DNA of 64,000 bases from NCBI GenBank assembly GCA_951812955.1, contig OX638340.1, positions 1,280,001 through 1,344,000 on the forward strand, given 5' to 3'. The notes under the pieces were generated by a model. The model was not told the DNA's origin. It saw nothing but the letters and a program-made list of their open reading frames with translations, and did no database searches. Made by a program: the position numbers and the translations under genes. This DNA comes from an uncultured Gemmatimonadota bacterium. GTDB taxonomy: Bacteria; JAAXHH01. Position 1 is the stretch's first letter. Each line of letters starts with the position of its first letter. This document shows, one piece after another, positions 29,645-38,285 of this stretch.

Positions 29645-30748
29645 ATGAATAGGCGATCCTTTCTACAAAAATCCGCCGGAGTGACCAGCGCGGGTATCTT
29701 GGCGGGATTCGGTAACCGGACCGAATTCGCTACCGGCCAGACGGCCGATCCGTACGGGCCATCAGGGTCCGTCACGGATGTTGCCGGAATCAAAGTCGGA
29801 CACTTCACCGATACGCGGCGACCCACGGGCTGCACGGTAATCCTGGCTGAAGACGGCGCCGTGGGCGGAGTGGACGTCCGTGGAGGCGCGCCAGGCACTC
29901 GGGAAACCGATCTCCTGGATCCTGTGAACATGGTGCAGCATGTCCACGCTGTCGTCCTGTCCGGAGGCAGCGCCTATGGCCTGGACACGGCCACGGGCGC
30001 GATGCGTTATCTCGAAGAGAAATCCATCGGCTTCGACGTGCGCATTGCCCGGGTGCCGATCGTTCCCGCGGCGATCCTCTTCGATCTAGGCATCGGTGGC
30101 AAACCCCATATTCGTCCCGACGCAGAAGCCGGCTACCAGGCCTGCGAAGCCGCAACGCACGGTCCGGTGGCCGAGGGCAGTGTCGGGGCGGGAGCGGGTG
30201 CCACGGTGGGTAAGATGTCCATCGGTGCACCAGGCACGCGCACGTCCATGAAAAGTGGCATAGGCAATGCGTGCTTCACCATGCCTGACGGGCTCAGGGT
30301 CGGCGCCATCGTTGCGGTGAATGCCGTGGGCGATGTGTACGATCCGGACACGGGGAGTGTGCTCGCCGGCGCGAGGATGCCGGATGGGTCCGGATTCGTC
30401 CAGATAGTCCGGCGGATCCGTGAGTCGGGGTCTCTTAGGTTGGAGACGCCGCCGGGAAATACGACCATCGGTGTGATCGTGACCAATGTCGGGCTGACCA
30501 AGACCCAGGCCAACCGGATCGCCCAGGTCGGGCACGACGGACTGGCCCGCGCTATCAATCCATCCCACCTCCAGGCGGATGGAGACACCCTTTTCGCCAT
30601 GGCCACCGGGACCTGGGAGGGCGACGTAAACCTGTCTCTGGTATCCATCCTTGCGGCGGAAGCCGTCACCCGGGCCATCATCCGCGCCGTGGTGACAGCC
30701 GATGGGCTGCCCGGGTATCCTTCCTATTCGGACTTGAACAATGGCTGA
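29645..30748 (+). CDS. P1/S58-family peptidase (DmpA/L-aminopeptidase D-Ala-esterase/amidase-like) with Tat-type signal.
   Basis: RRSFLQ twin-arginine motif in the signal peptide. DmpA/ArgJ-like fold residues (GIKVGHFTD, GCTVILAE, self-processing G-S/T region). Confidence 0.75.
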   Translation: MNRRSFLQKSAGVTSAGILAGFGNRTEFATGQTADPYGPSGSVTDVAGIKVGHFTDTRRPTGCTVILAEDGAVGGVDVRGGAPGTRETDLLDPVNMVQHVHAVVLSGGSAYGLDTATGAMRYLEEKSIGFDVRIARVPIVPAAILFDLGIGGKPHIRPDAEAGYQACEAATHGPVAEGSVGAGAGATVGKMSIGAPGTRTSMKSGIGNACFTMPDGLRVGAIVAVNAVGDVYDPDTGSVLAGARMPDGSGFVQIVRRIRESGSLRLETPPGNTTIGVIVTNVGLTKTQANRIAQVGHDGLARAINPSHLQADGDTLFAMATGTWEGDVNLSLVSILAAEAVTRAIIRAVVTADGLPGYPSYSDLNNG

Positions 30749-30814
30749 CCGTGGGTCCGATGGCCGTGGTGCACCGCCCGTTACGAACGATTACCCACGG
30801 AAGAACACGTACCC

Positions 30815-30868
30815 GTTCCCGTACCCTGAAGCGTTCCCGTACTCTGAAGTGTTCCCGTACACTGAAGC
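30815..30868. repeat. Three tandem 18-bp units (gttcccgtacNctgaagY) ending 3 nt before the start codon of the SSS transporter gene.
   Basis: Read directly. Confidence 0.7.
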
Positions 30869-30871
30869 GTT

Positions 30872-32266
30872 ATGTCCCCCTATGTAACCGCCCTCCTCGT
30901 CTATTCCATTTTCCTCATGGTGATCGGCTGGTGGACGTCGCGGTCGGTACGCCGCGCCGAGGACTTTTTCGTGGCCGGCCGGCGGCTTTCTCCCGTCCTG
31001 CTGTTTTCCACGCTACTGGCCGCTAATCTGGGCGCAGGATCTACAGTTGGCGCCACCGGCATAGGATATACACACGGACTGTCCGCGTGGTGGTGGGTGG
31101 GATCGGCGGGGATCGGCAGTCTCATCCTGGGATTGACCGTCGGGCCCCGCATGTGGCGCGTGGCAAAGGACCACGACCTGTACACGGTCGGAGATTTTCT
31201 GGAGCACCGGTATAGCCGCAGTGTCCGGGGTCTCATCGCGGTACTGTTATGGTTCGGTTCCCTGGCGATCCTGGCCGGCCAGTTCATTCCCCTTGCCTGG
31301 ATCCTCAACCTGGTCCTGGGCATCCCGAAGTACGTCGCCTGCCTGGCCGGCGGCGCCGTGGTGGTCGTGTATTTCACCTTCGGGGGCCTGACGTCCACGG
31401 CCCGGGTCAACATGGTCCAGCTGGTGGTGAAAATCTCCGGTTTCGTCCTTGCTTTTCTCCTGATCGTCTCAGGGGGCGATCTCCTGTCCGCCGAAGGCGT
31501 GGCGAAGGAAGGATTCACGACCTGGTTCGGAGACGATCCGTCCCGTATCTGGGCCTACTTCATCGTCCTCGTTCCCGCCTTTATCGTTTCGCCGGGCCTT
31601 CTGCAGAAGATCTACGGCGCAAGGGACGCCAGGGCGGTCCGGCGTGGTGTCTGCACGAATGCTGTCGCCCTGATGCTCTTTGCCTTCATTCCCGCACTGC
31701 TCGGCATGGCGGCCTACCACGCCTTCCCTGCCCTGCCCTCGCAGGACCTGGCGCTGCCCCGCCTGCTGATGGACGCCCTCCCCTTCTGGATCGGCGGACT
31801 GACCCTGGCGGCCGTGTTCTCCGCGGAGATCAGTTCGGCGGACGCCGTGCTCTTCATGCTGACGACCTCTCTGAGCCGGGACCTGTACCAGACCTATATC
31901 GAACCCGGCGCTTCCGAGCAACGGATGCTGACCGTCAGCCGGATCACGGCCGTCGTCGCGGGGCTCGCGGGCGTCGTCCTGGCGGCCGTGCTGCCGGACG
32001 TCATCACGGCACTGACCATTTTCTACAGCATTCTGTCCGTGGCCCTCTTCGTACCCCTTATTGCGGGGCTGTATTCCAGAAAGCCGAATGCCGCGGGCGC
32101 ACTGGCGACGATCATCGGTTCCGTTCTCGTGATGACCCTCGTACATCTGGCCACGGACGGGAGTGGAACCGGAGGCGTATCTCCCGCGACCTGGGGCATC
32201 GGTACGGCCGTTGCGATTATGGCACTGCACATGGTGTACCGGCGTGACGCAGAACCGGCAGGATGA
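30872..32266 (+). CDS. Sodium:solute symporter (SSS) family transporter.
   Basis: 13 TM topology; N-terminal ..DFFVAGRRLS.. motif characteristic of SSS (SglT/PutP/SiaT-like). Confidence 0.8.
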   Translation: MSPYVTALLVYSIFLMVIGWWTSRSVRRAEDFFVAGRRLSPVLLFSTLLAANLGAGSTVGATGIGYTHGLSAWWWVGSAGIGSLILGLTVGPRMWRVAKDHDLYTVGDFLEHRYSRSVRGLIAVLLWFGSLAILAGQFIPLAWILNLVLGIPKYVACLAGGAVVVVYFTFGGLTSTARVNMVQLVVKISGFVLAFLLIVSGGDLLSAEGVAKEGFTTWFGDDPSRIWAYFIVLVPAFIVSPGLLQKIYGARDARAVRRGVCTNAVALMLFAFIPALLGMAAYHAFPALPSQDLALPRLLMDALPFWIGGLTLAAVFSAEISSADAVLFMLTTSLSRDLYQTYIEPGASEQRMLTVSRITAVVAGLAGVVLAAVLPDVITALTIFYSILSVALFVPLIAGLYSRKPNAAGALATIIGSVLVMTLVHLATDGSGTGGVSPATWGIGTAVAIMALHMVYRRDAEPAG

Positions 32267-32349
32267 CGTTGGTATCTATTCTGTTTATGCAAAAGACTCG
32301 AATTTCAAACGGGCGTAACTGGTAACTCAACCAATCGAAGGAGGAAGAC

Positions 32350-33240
32350 ATGCTGAATGACCTGCGGGGCGTGATCCCCCCGGCAACCACACCATTCTCG
32401 CGGGACGGAGACGTGGACCTCGGGGCCATGAAGGAACAGGTCGACTGGCTGATCGACCAGGGTGCGCACGGCATCGCGGTGGGCGGCAGCACGGGCGAAG
32501 GCCATACGTTGGACGTCGACGAATTCCGGGGTCTGGTGGACACGGCCCTGGACGCCGCGGCGGGGCGCGTACCGGTCGTCGCCGGAATCATCGTCGACAG
32601 CACCCGCGACGCCGTCCGTAGGGGGCAGGCCATCGCGGACCTGGACGTGGCGGCGTTGCAGGTGACCCCGGTCCATTACCTGTTTCGCCCGGACGATGAT
32701 GCCATGCAGGAGCATTTCAGGGTGATGGGCGAGGAAGTGGAACATCCCATCATCATCTACAACGTGGTGCCCTGGAGCTACCTTTCGCCTGAACTGCTCT
32801 GCCGGATCATGGACGAAGTGCCCGGAGTCGTCGGGGTGAAGCAGAGCGCCGGAGATCTGAAGCTGTTCGCCGACCTGATGCTCATGGCCGACCCGGAGCA
32901 CCTGCTGTTCTGCGCCGTCGACGCCCTGATGTACTCGGCATACGCCCTGGGCGCCCGCGGATCGATCGCGGCCATACTGACGGCGACGCCCCGGGCCTCG
33001 GTGGATGTGTGGGACGCCGTACAGGCCGGAGATCACGCGCGGGCGCTCGATATGCACAAGAAACTGCTGCGACTCTGGAATGCCATGGATGGGACGAACC
33101 TGCCCGCCTGTACCAAGTATGCCCAGACGCTGCAGGGATGCCCCGGCCGATTCCCCCGCGCCCCAATGCAAGAAGCGTCCGACGAGCAGAAGCGGAACAT
33201 TGAAGAAGGACTTGCGCACCTGGGTGCGCTGGACGGATAG
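32350..33240 (+). CDS. DapA/NanA-family class I aldolase (dihydrodipicolinate synthase family).
   Basis: TPF..DG..D motif (ATTPFSRDGDVD), GSTGE motif, and a Schiff-base Lys context (VVGVKQS). Confidence 0.8.
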   Translation: MLNDLRGVIPPATTPFSRDGDVDLGAMKEQVDWLIDQGAHGIAVGGSTGEGHTLDVDEFRGLVDTALDAAAGRVPVVAGIIVDSTRDAVRRGQAIADLDVAALQVTPVHYLFRPDDDAMQEHFRVMGEEVEHPIIIYNVVPWSYLSPELLCRIMDEVPGVVGVKQSAGDLKLFADLMLMADPEHLLFCAVDALMYSAYALGARGSIAAILTATPRASVDVWDAVQAGDHARALDMHKKLLRLWNAMDGTNLPACTKYAQTLQGCPGRFPRAPMQEASDEQKRNIEEGLAHLGALDG

Positions 33241-33381
33241 TACCGGAAGGTCCGTGCACGACGTATCTTGCGAGTGGGCGGGCGCGCTAATAACAGCGGT
33301 TCGAGGACTGCAGAAATGGAGGATGCATCGCGTATGTCCGCATCGGAGAGCAAGTCGGCATCGGCCCCACGTCCCATCCGC

Positions 33382-34434
33382 ATGGAACCGGATCGCGTGA
33401 CGCGGATCATGGACCTCGTCTTCACGCGTCTGGGCCTGGAATGCGACGAAAGAAAGGTGGTCGTCGAGCGGCTCATGGAGGCCTCCCTTTCCGGGTACCA
33501 CTCCCACGGCGTGATGCGGATAACCATGTATACGGAAGGCATTCGCGTCGGCAATATGATCCCGGGCGCGAAGCTGGACGTCCTGGGTGAAACGGTCTCC
33601 ACGCTGCACCTGGACGCCAACAAGGGCATGGGGCCCTGGACGGCCACCGAGGCCATGAAGCGCGCGGTGGGCAAGGCCGAGGCAACGGGTATCGGTTGCG
33701 TGAGCGTCGTGAACGCCAATGATGTCGCGCGGCTGGGCGGATACGTGGAACAGCCGGCAAAAGACGGTTACATCGCCCTGCTGATGGCCAACGACGCCGG
33801 CGGCAATCCCTGCGTGGCGCCATGGGGCGCGACCTCACCCCTGATGAGCACAAACCCTATGGCCGTCGGTATTCCCCGGAAAGGCGGCGACCCGATCCTC
33901 ATCGATATCTCCACGGGGGTTTCTTCCGAGGGACGGGTCAAGATGCTGCGCAACCGGGGCCAGGCGGTACCCGACGGCTGGCTGATTGACGGAGATGGAC
34001 GGACCACGACGGATGCCGAAACCTACTTTTCAACGCCCAGGCAGGCAGCACTCCTGCCACTGGGCAGCCTGATCGCGGGACACAAGGGGTTCGCGCTGAG
34101 CATACTGGTCGACGTGCTGACTGGTGGCCTGAGCGGCGCGGGCTGCAGCGGCCGGTCGCCGGACGACCTCGACGAGAATGCCCTGTTCATCCTCGTCATC
34201 GACCCCGACAAGTTTGGTTCCAGGTCCGCCTTATCCGCAGAAGTGGACCGGCTCGCTGAGAGCATCAAGGGCGCACGCAAGGCACCCGGAGTCGACGAGA
34301 TCCGTGTGCCCGGCGATGGAGCCCGCAGCGAACGGGAGCGGCAACTGAAACAGGGTATTGAAATCGATCCGCCTGTCTGGTCCTCCATACAGGAAATCAT
34401 GGACGAATTGGGGATTGATCAGGACGGCCTGTAA
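33382..34434 (+). CDS. Ldh_2 family (malate/L-lactate dehydrogenase-like) NAD(P)H-dependent oxidoreductase.
   Basis: Family-typical segments (GYHSHGVMRI, ATSPLMSTNPMAVGIP, HKGFALSILVDVLTGGLSG). Start chosen at MEPDRVTRIM (33382). Confidence 0.7.
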   Translation: MEPDRVTRIMDLVFTRLGLECDERKVVVERLMEASLSGYHSHGVMRITMYTEGIRVGNMIPGAKLDVLGETVSTLHLDANKGMGPWTATEAMKRAVGKAEATGIGCVSVVNANDVARLGGYVEQPAKDGYIALLMANDAGGNPCVAPWGATSPLMSTNPMAVGIPRKGGDPILIDISTGVSSEGRVKMLRNRGQAVPDGWLIDGDGRTTTDAETYFSTPRQAALLPLGSLIAGHKGFALSILVDVLTGGLSGAGCSGRSPDDLDENALFILVIDPDKFGSRSALSAEVDRLAESIKGARKAPGVDEIRVPGDGARSERERQLKQGIEIDPPVWSSIQEIMDELGIDQDGL

Positions 34435-34464
34435 CACGGCGTTCGGCTTCGCTCCCAACAGTCA

Positions 34465-36402
34465 TCAATAACCGCTGTTCCCTAACCTGACACCGATGTA
34501 GCCGGTCATGCCCACGGTTCCGTATCCCAGGATTTCCTCGTACTCCGCATTGAGCAGATTGTCGATCCTTCCGAATAACTGGATGTTCGGTGTGACCTTC
34601 CAATTGGCGGCCACATTCACGATCCCGTAGCCATCCAGCGTTACCGGTGTGGCGGGCCAGGTCGAGAAGTCGTTGTCCCTTCGCTCCCCCGAAAAACGGA
34701 AACTCAGGTTCAGATCTACGCCCTGCCGTACTCGCTGATCAAGGACGATCCCGCCGCTGTGCCTCGGCCGTCTCAATAACTGCTCATCCGACTCATGGTC
34801 CTTCGAATCGGTCAAAGTATAGTAGGCACGCAGGGAAGTTCCCGCGATTCCCACATACCGTCCGGTCAACTCCAACCCCTTGCTTGTGGCCTTGAACACG
34901 TTCTTGTAACTGGATGTTTCGCTGTCCCACCCGACCATATTGTCGAAGGTATTGTCGAAATAGGTCACGCCGGCCACCAGCTTCTGATCGGCCAGGTACT
35001 GCTCCAGCCCCGCTTCCCAGCTCTTGCTGGTCCCGGCCTGGAGCGTGGAATCACCGAAGGAAGAATGCAGTTGAAACAGTGACGGCGCCTTGTAACCCGT
35101 ACCGTAGGCGCCTTTGATCCTGATTCCCGACGCTTCGAAGTACGCGTTTGGCGCGATGCTGTAGGTGACTTTAGAACCGTACCGGCTGTGATGATCGGCT
35201 CGCACGCCAAGGGTTGCAAACAGCGTATTGCCATACTGCAGCAACTCCTGCAGATAAGCACCGGTCATCCTTGCGGATCGGCGATCGAACTTGCTCGGGA
35301 ATCGGCCCCTTGATTCTGATTCTCCCTGTTCCGTTTCGGTTTCGGCGCCGAATACGAGCGTATTCCCGCCAGACAGCATCAGCGTGTTCTGCCAGTCTAT
35401 TTTGTGCAACCGCGCGTAGAACGTGGAGTTCGAAGCCGTTTCCTGGTTCTCGTCCACCGGATTGTCGTCTTCCCTGCTGTGATCGACGAGGCTATATCCC
35501 AGGGTCTGCTTCCATCGCTGCGACCACAATTCGAGGGTGGCCGAGGGACGGACAAACAGTTGCCTGGAGGAGTTTACCCGATTGGGATCGTCCCCATCGG
35601 GACCGGCTCCATTATCGATATCGGCCCGGCCATCCGTGAAACGAAACGTGAGATCGACCGAAGCATTCGCGGCGGGCGTCGCCCCGAAGCGTCCACCCAC
35701 CGTGGTGTTTCGATAGCCGTCTTCTTCCTGGTTCCCCAGGGCATTCGCTGAAATACCCCGAGCGTTCAGGAAGGAGCCGTCGATCGCATACTGGTAACTG
35801 TCCGTTCCGCCATTCAATCCCGCCCGGCTTCGAAACGTACCCAGGGCGCCGCCCTCGAAGGATGCCCCGATCTTTGGCTTACCCTCACCGCGCTTCGTAA
35901 TGATGTTCACGACCCCCGCGATGGCGTCCGACCCGTACAGTGTACTCTGGGACCCGTACAGCACCTCGATACGTTCTACCTGGTCGACGGTCAGATGCGC
36001 CGGGCTGTAGCCGCGACCCGGAGACATGGCATCGTTGACCTCGATTCCATCGATCAGAAACAGGGTGTAGGACGATTCGGCACCGCGAAGAAAAACAGAC
36101 GCGTTATTACCCGTGCCGCCAGCCTGTGCCATGCTCAAACCGCCCACGTCGCGCAGCACGCCGGCGACCGTGTTCTGGCTGCTGCGTTCGATATCGTCGG
36201 CGGTGATTACGGCGATCGAGCTCGACACCTGCCGCAAGGGTGTTTCGATTTTCGCAGCGGTTACGACAACGGCATCCAGAATGTATCTGGGTTCCTGGTC
36301 CACCGGGTCCTCCGGGTCCGGTGAATTCTGCGCAAATCCTGGCGCTGCGGACAGCAGGTAAAAACAGAGCACGGCTTTAATCGCATGTGGTATGTGTTTC
36401 AT
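34465..36402 (-). CDS. btuB: TonB-dependent receptor, BtuB-like (vitamin B12/cobalamin outer-membrane transporter).
   Basis: Signal peptide; plug domain with TonB box-like DAVVVTA; barrel ending in aromatic ..GY. GGGAGG SD 6 nt upstream of the ATG at 36402. Preceded by a cobalamin riboswitch. Confidence 0.8.
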   Translation of the reverse strand: MKHIPHAIKAVLCFYLLSAAPGFAQNSPDPEDPVDQEPRYILDAVVVTAAKIETPLRQVSSSIAVITADDIERSSQNTVAGVLRDVGGLSMAQAGGTGNNASVFLRGAESSYTLFLIDGIEVNDAMSPGRGYSPAHLTVDQVERIEVLYGSQSTLYGSDAIAGVVNIITKRGEGKPKIGASFEGGALGTFRSRAGLNGGTDSYQYAIDGSFLNARGISANALGNQEEDGYRNTTVGGRFGATPAANASVDLTFRFTDGRADIDNGAGPDGDDPNRVNSSRQLFVRPSATLELWSQRWKQTLGYSLVDHSREDDNPVDENQETASNSTFYARLHKIDWQNTLMLSGGNTLVFGAETETEQGESESRGRFPSKFDRRSARMTGAYLQELLQYGNTLFATLGVRADHHSRYGSKVTYSIAPNAYFEASGIRIKGAYGTGYKAPSLFQLHSSFGDSTLQAGTSKSWEAGLEQYLADQKLVAGVTYFDNTFDNMVGWDSETSSYKNVFKATSKGLELTGRYVGIAGTSLRAYYTLTDSKDHESDEQLLRRPRHSGGIVLDQRVRQGVDLNLSFRFSGERRDNDFSTWPATPVTLDGYGIVNVAANWKVTPNIQLFGRIDNLLNAEYEEILGYGTVGMTGYIGVRLGNSGY

Positions 36403-36491
36403 CTTGCCTCCCGATATGGTAGATGGTTCGGTGCCTGCAAATTGACGACGCGCATTGGGGTCCATCAGGTCGTTGATTCAGATCGATCTCC

Positions 36492-36535
36492 TTTAAATAA
36501 AAAATCCCCGTACCTGAACGTTGTCAGATACGGGG
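36492..36535 (-). terminator. Intrinsic terminator hairpin (CCCCGUA...UACGGGG followed by AUUUUUUAUUU) in the riboswitch expression platform, upstream of btuB.
   Basis: Read directly on the minus strand: GC-rich 7-bp stem with extended pairing, followed by a U7-rich tract. Confidence 0.6.
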
Positions 36536-36679
36536 ATGCCGTTTGTCATCCTCGGAATACGGCCACTTGCAGATTACGCCCCAATGAATATACTACGGGA
36601 CAAAAACGCCTGGCGGCCGTACTTACGATTATCCATGTACACCGGACGACTTCAGTCCACGGAAGTCCCGATGAAAACT

Positions 36680-36850
36680 ATGGGCAGGTCGGTCTTCTGG
36701 CTTCCGGATCGATCTACTCGCCGCGCCTTCCCATTCCCGGAGGAACAGTGGCTCGAGCACTATGGCTCTTGATGCGGTTTTCGTCCCCGGTCACAGCGAC
36801 GGGTCCGCGACGGATTCGCACCGTCTTCCCAACTTCTCACCTGCTCCTGT
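36680..36850 (-). promoter_or_regulatory. Cobalamin (adenosylcobalamin) riboswitch aptamer.
   Basis: Minus-strand sequence GGUGAGAAGUUGGGAAGACGGUGCGAAUCCGUCGCGGACCCGUCGCUGUGACCGGGG...GAGCCACUGUUCCUCCGGGAAUGGGAAGG...GAUCCGGAAGCCAGAAGACCGACCUGCC matches the conserved Cbl riboswitch core (GGUG..AGGGAA..CGGUGnnAAUCC..GCnGnCCCGC.ACUGU; B12 box GCCACUG..GGGAAGG; ..GCCAG.AGACC.GCC). Confidence 0.85.
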
Positions 36851-36851
36851 C

Positions 36852-36880
36852 AAGATAGTACCGTTTCGGGGTGAGATCAA
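36852..36880 (-). promoter_or_regulatory. Candidate promoter for the riboswitch/btuB transcript (TTGATC-17-TATCTT).
   Basis: Weak -35/-10 match with correct spacing; TSS would fall at the aptamer 5' end. Confidence 0.25.
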
Positions 36881-37006
36881 TCGAAAACTGCGGATTACCT
36901 TAAGGTCGCAGCAAAACTGCTACGTGAGCTACTGGGAAGTGTAATCCTTGATGCGAGGGAGGATTGGTCCGGAGGCGTTCTGGAATCCGCATACAAGCGT
37001 CAATAA

Positions 37007-37762
37007 TTATGACACTTCGATAAGTATCCTGCAATGATCGCTGGGACCCCATTCTTCCGGCTTGTTCAGTGCCGTTGTTCTGATGGAATTCTTCATGCTT
37101 CGTGAAGCAAACACGTAATCCAGCTGCCTGGTGGCCGTCGCAGGTTTTTGACTGGTATGATAGTATGTGGGACCCTGGGGGCCTATCATGGGCAGACCAA
37201 TTGATGACATCCTGTCGAATACTGCTTTCTTGCGGGTCTTCCAGTATTCGTTGCTTCCATCGCCATCCATCACAGTTGTATCTCCAGCCGCGATCATCCT
37301 GAAACTGTTCTTCCTGCCTATAAGCAGCGAGATGTCCGATATGATGCGATGGATCGACGTGTCTACTAGATCACGGCTTTTAAGGCCCGATGATGGATGA
37401 TATGCCTCATACTGGGGACAGAATGACACTACATGAATCGGCCAGTCCCGGAATTTGCCTTCAAGAGGGGTCACAACGGCCGCGGACAGGCATCCCGGAT
37501 GACTGGACTGTATATCATCCAGATAACACACCTTAACCCTGTCGGATGTTTTTACTATAGCACATCTGGATCGTGCTTTGCCCCGACTATCTGGTCTAAG
37601 TGGGTCCTTTTTGTAGTATGGCGCAGGATCCACTTCAATTCTGCCAGCCACATCCTTTGGCGGTTTATAGCCTTCCTGGAGCAGGACAATATCTACGTCC
37701 AGATCAGGCAAGGATCTCCATGCCGCCCTGCGATGCCCGATATTCCAGCAGACCAGTTTCAT
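37007..37762 (-). CDS. Endonuclease/exonuclease/phosphatase (EEP) family protein, within a low-GC islet.
   Basis: N-terminal MKLVCWNIG..DIVLLQE and C-terminal GPSDHCRILIEV motifs typical of EEP (ExoIII/DNase I/sphingomyelinase) fold. Local GC ~47% versus ~65% flanking. Confidence 0.65.
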   Translation of the reverse strand: MKLVCWNIGHRRAAWRSLPDLDVDIVLLQEGYKPPKDVAGRIEVDPAPYYKKDPLRPDSRGKARSRCAIVKTSDRVKVCYLDDIQSSHPGCLSAAVVTPLEGKFRDWPIHVVSFCPQYEAYHPSSGLKSRDLVDTSIHRIISDISLLIGRKNSFRMIAAGDTTVMDGDGSNEYWKTRKKAVFDRMSSIGLPMIGPQGPTYYHTSQKPATATRQLDYVFASRSMKNSIRTTALNKPEEWGPSDHCRILIEVS

Positions 37763-37798
37763 CCAGATCTCCAAACGGTCCATCTGAAGATCGCAGCA

Positions 37799-38170
37799 CT
37801 ATGGCTTGTCGTCAAAGTACGGAGAGCAGTTTTGTTTCCAGGCCAGCCAGGTCCGACTGCCGTCGGAAGCCACAATGACGTGATCTTTGAACTTTTCCGG
37901 TATATTGGTGATTTTGCCTTGAGGGCCTTCGCCCGTTACGAACAGATCGTCCAGCGTCGTCCTTTCATGAAACAACCTGCTCTTTCCTTCGTGCACGGCG
38001 TCCTTTATTTCTGAAATCACCTGTCTGAATTCTTCTTCTATATCATCGGTTATTGTTTCCCTTTCCGACATTGTCCTTGTCTCCTTGTAGGCTTCCCACA
38101 ACCGCTTGACATGTTTGGCATACCTAAAATACTTCGCAAGCTCCAGAAGCAGTTCGAGGTATTCGGTCAT
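37799..38170 (-). CDS. Hypothetical protein (123 aa) immediately upstream of the EEP gene and in the same reading frame, separated by one TAG.
   Basis: ORF with ATG at 38170 (TTG at 38179 also possible). No recognisable domain. Same low-GC composition as the EEP gene. Confidence 0.4.
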   Translation of the reverse strand: MTEYLELLLELAKYFRYAKHVKRLWEAYKETRTMSERETITDDIEEEFRQVISEIKDAVHEGKSRLFHERTTLDDLFVTGEGPQGKITNIPEKFKDHVIVASDGSRTWLAWKQNCSPYFDDKP

Positions 38171-38285
38171 GACCTGCAATGCCTGATTTAAAGGATACCC
38201 AATGCCGCCCTGAATTCAAAGGTATTCCCGATAAACATCCAAACAGCACCCTTGTACCTGGCATAGCCTCAGTTTTCTACCACAA

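Noticed and set aside
36385-36858. ORF-track ORFs 36385-36858 (+) and 36521-36772 (+) in the btuB leader.
   Set aside because: Region is fully explained by a cobalamin riboswitch, terminator and 5' UTR on the opposite strand.
37028-38181. 9-bp direct repeat cctgcaatg near both ends of the low-GC islet as possible att sites.
   Set aside because: One copy lies inside the start of the small gene rather than outside the islet. A 9-mer match at this distance is weak and not accompanied by longer flanking identity.
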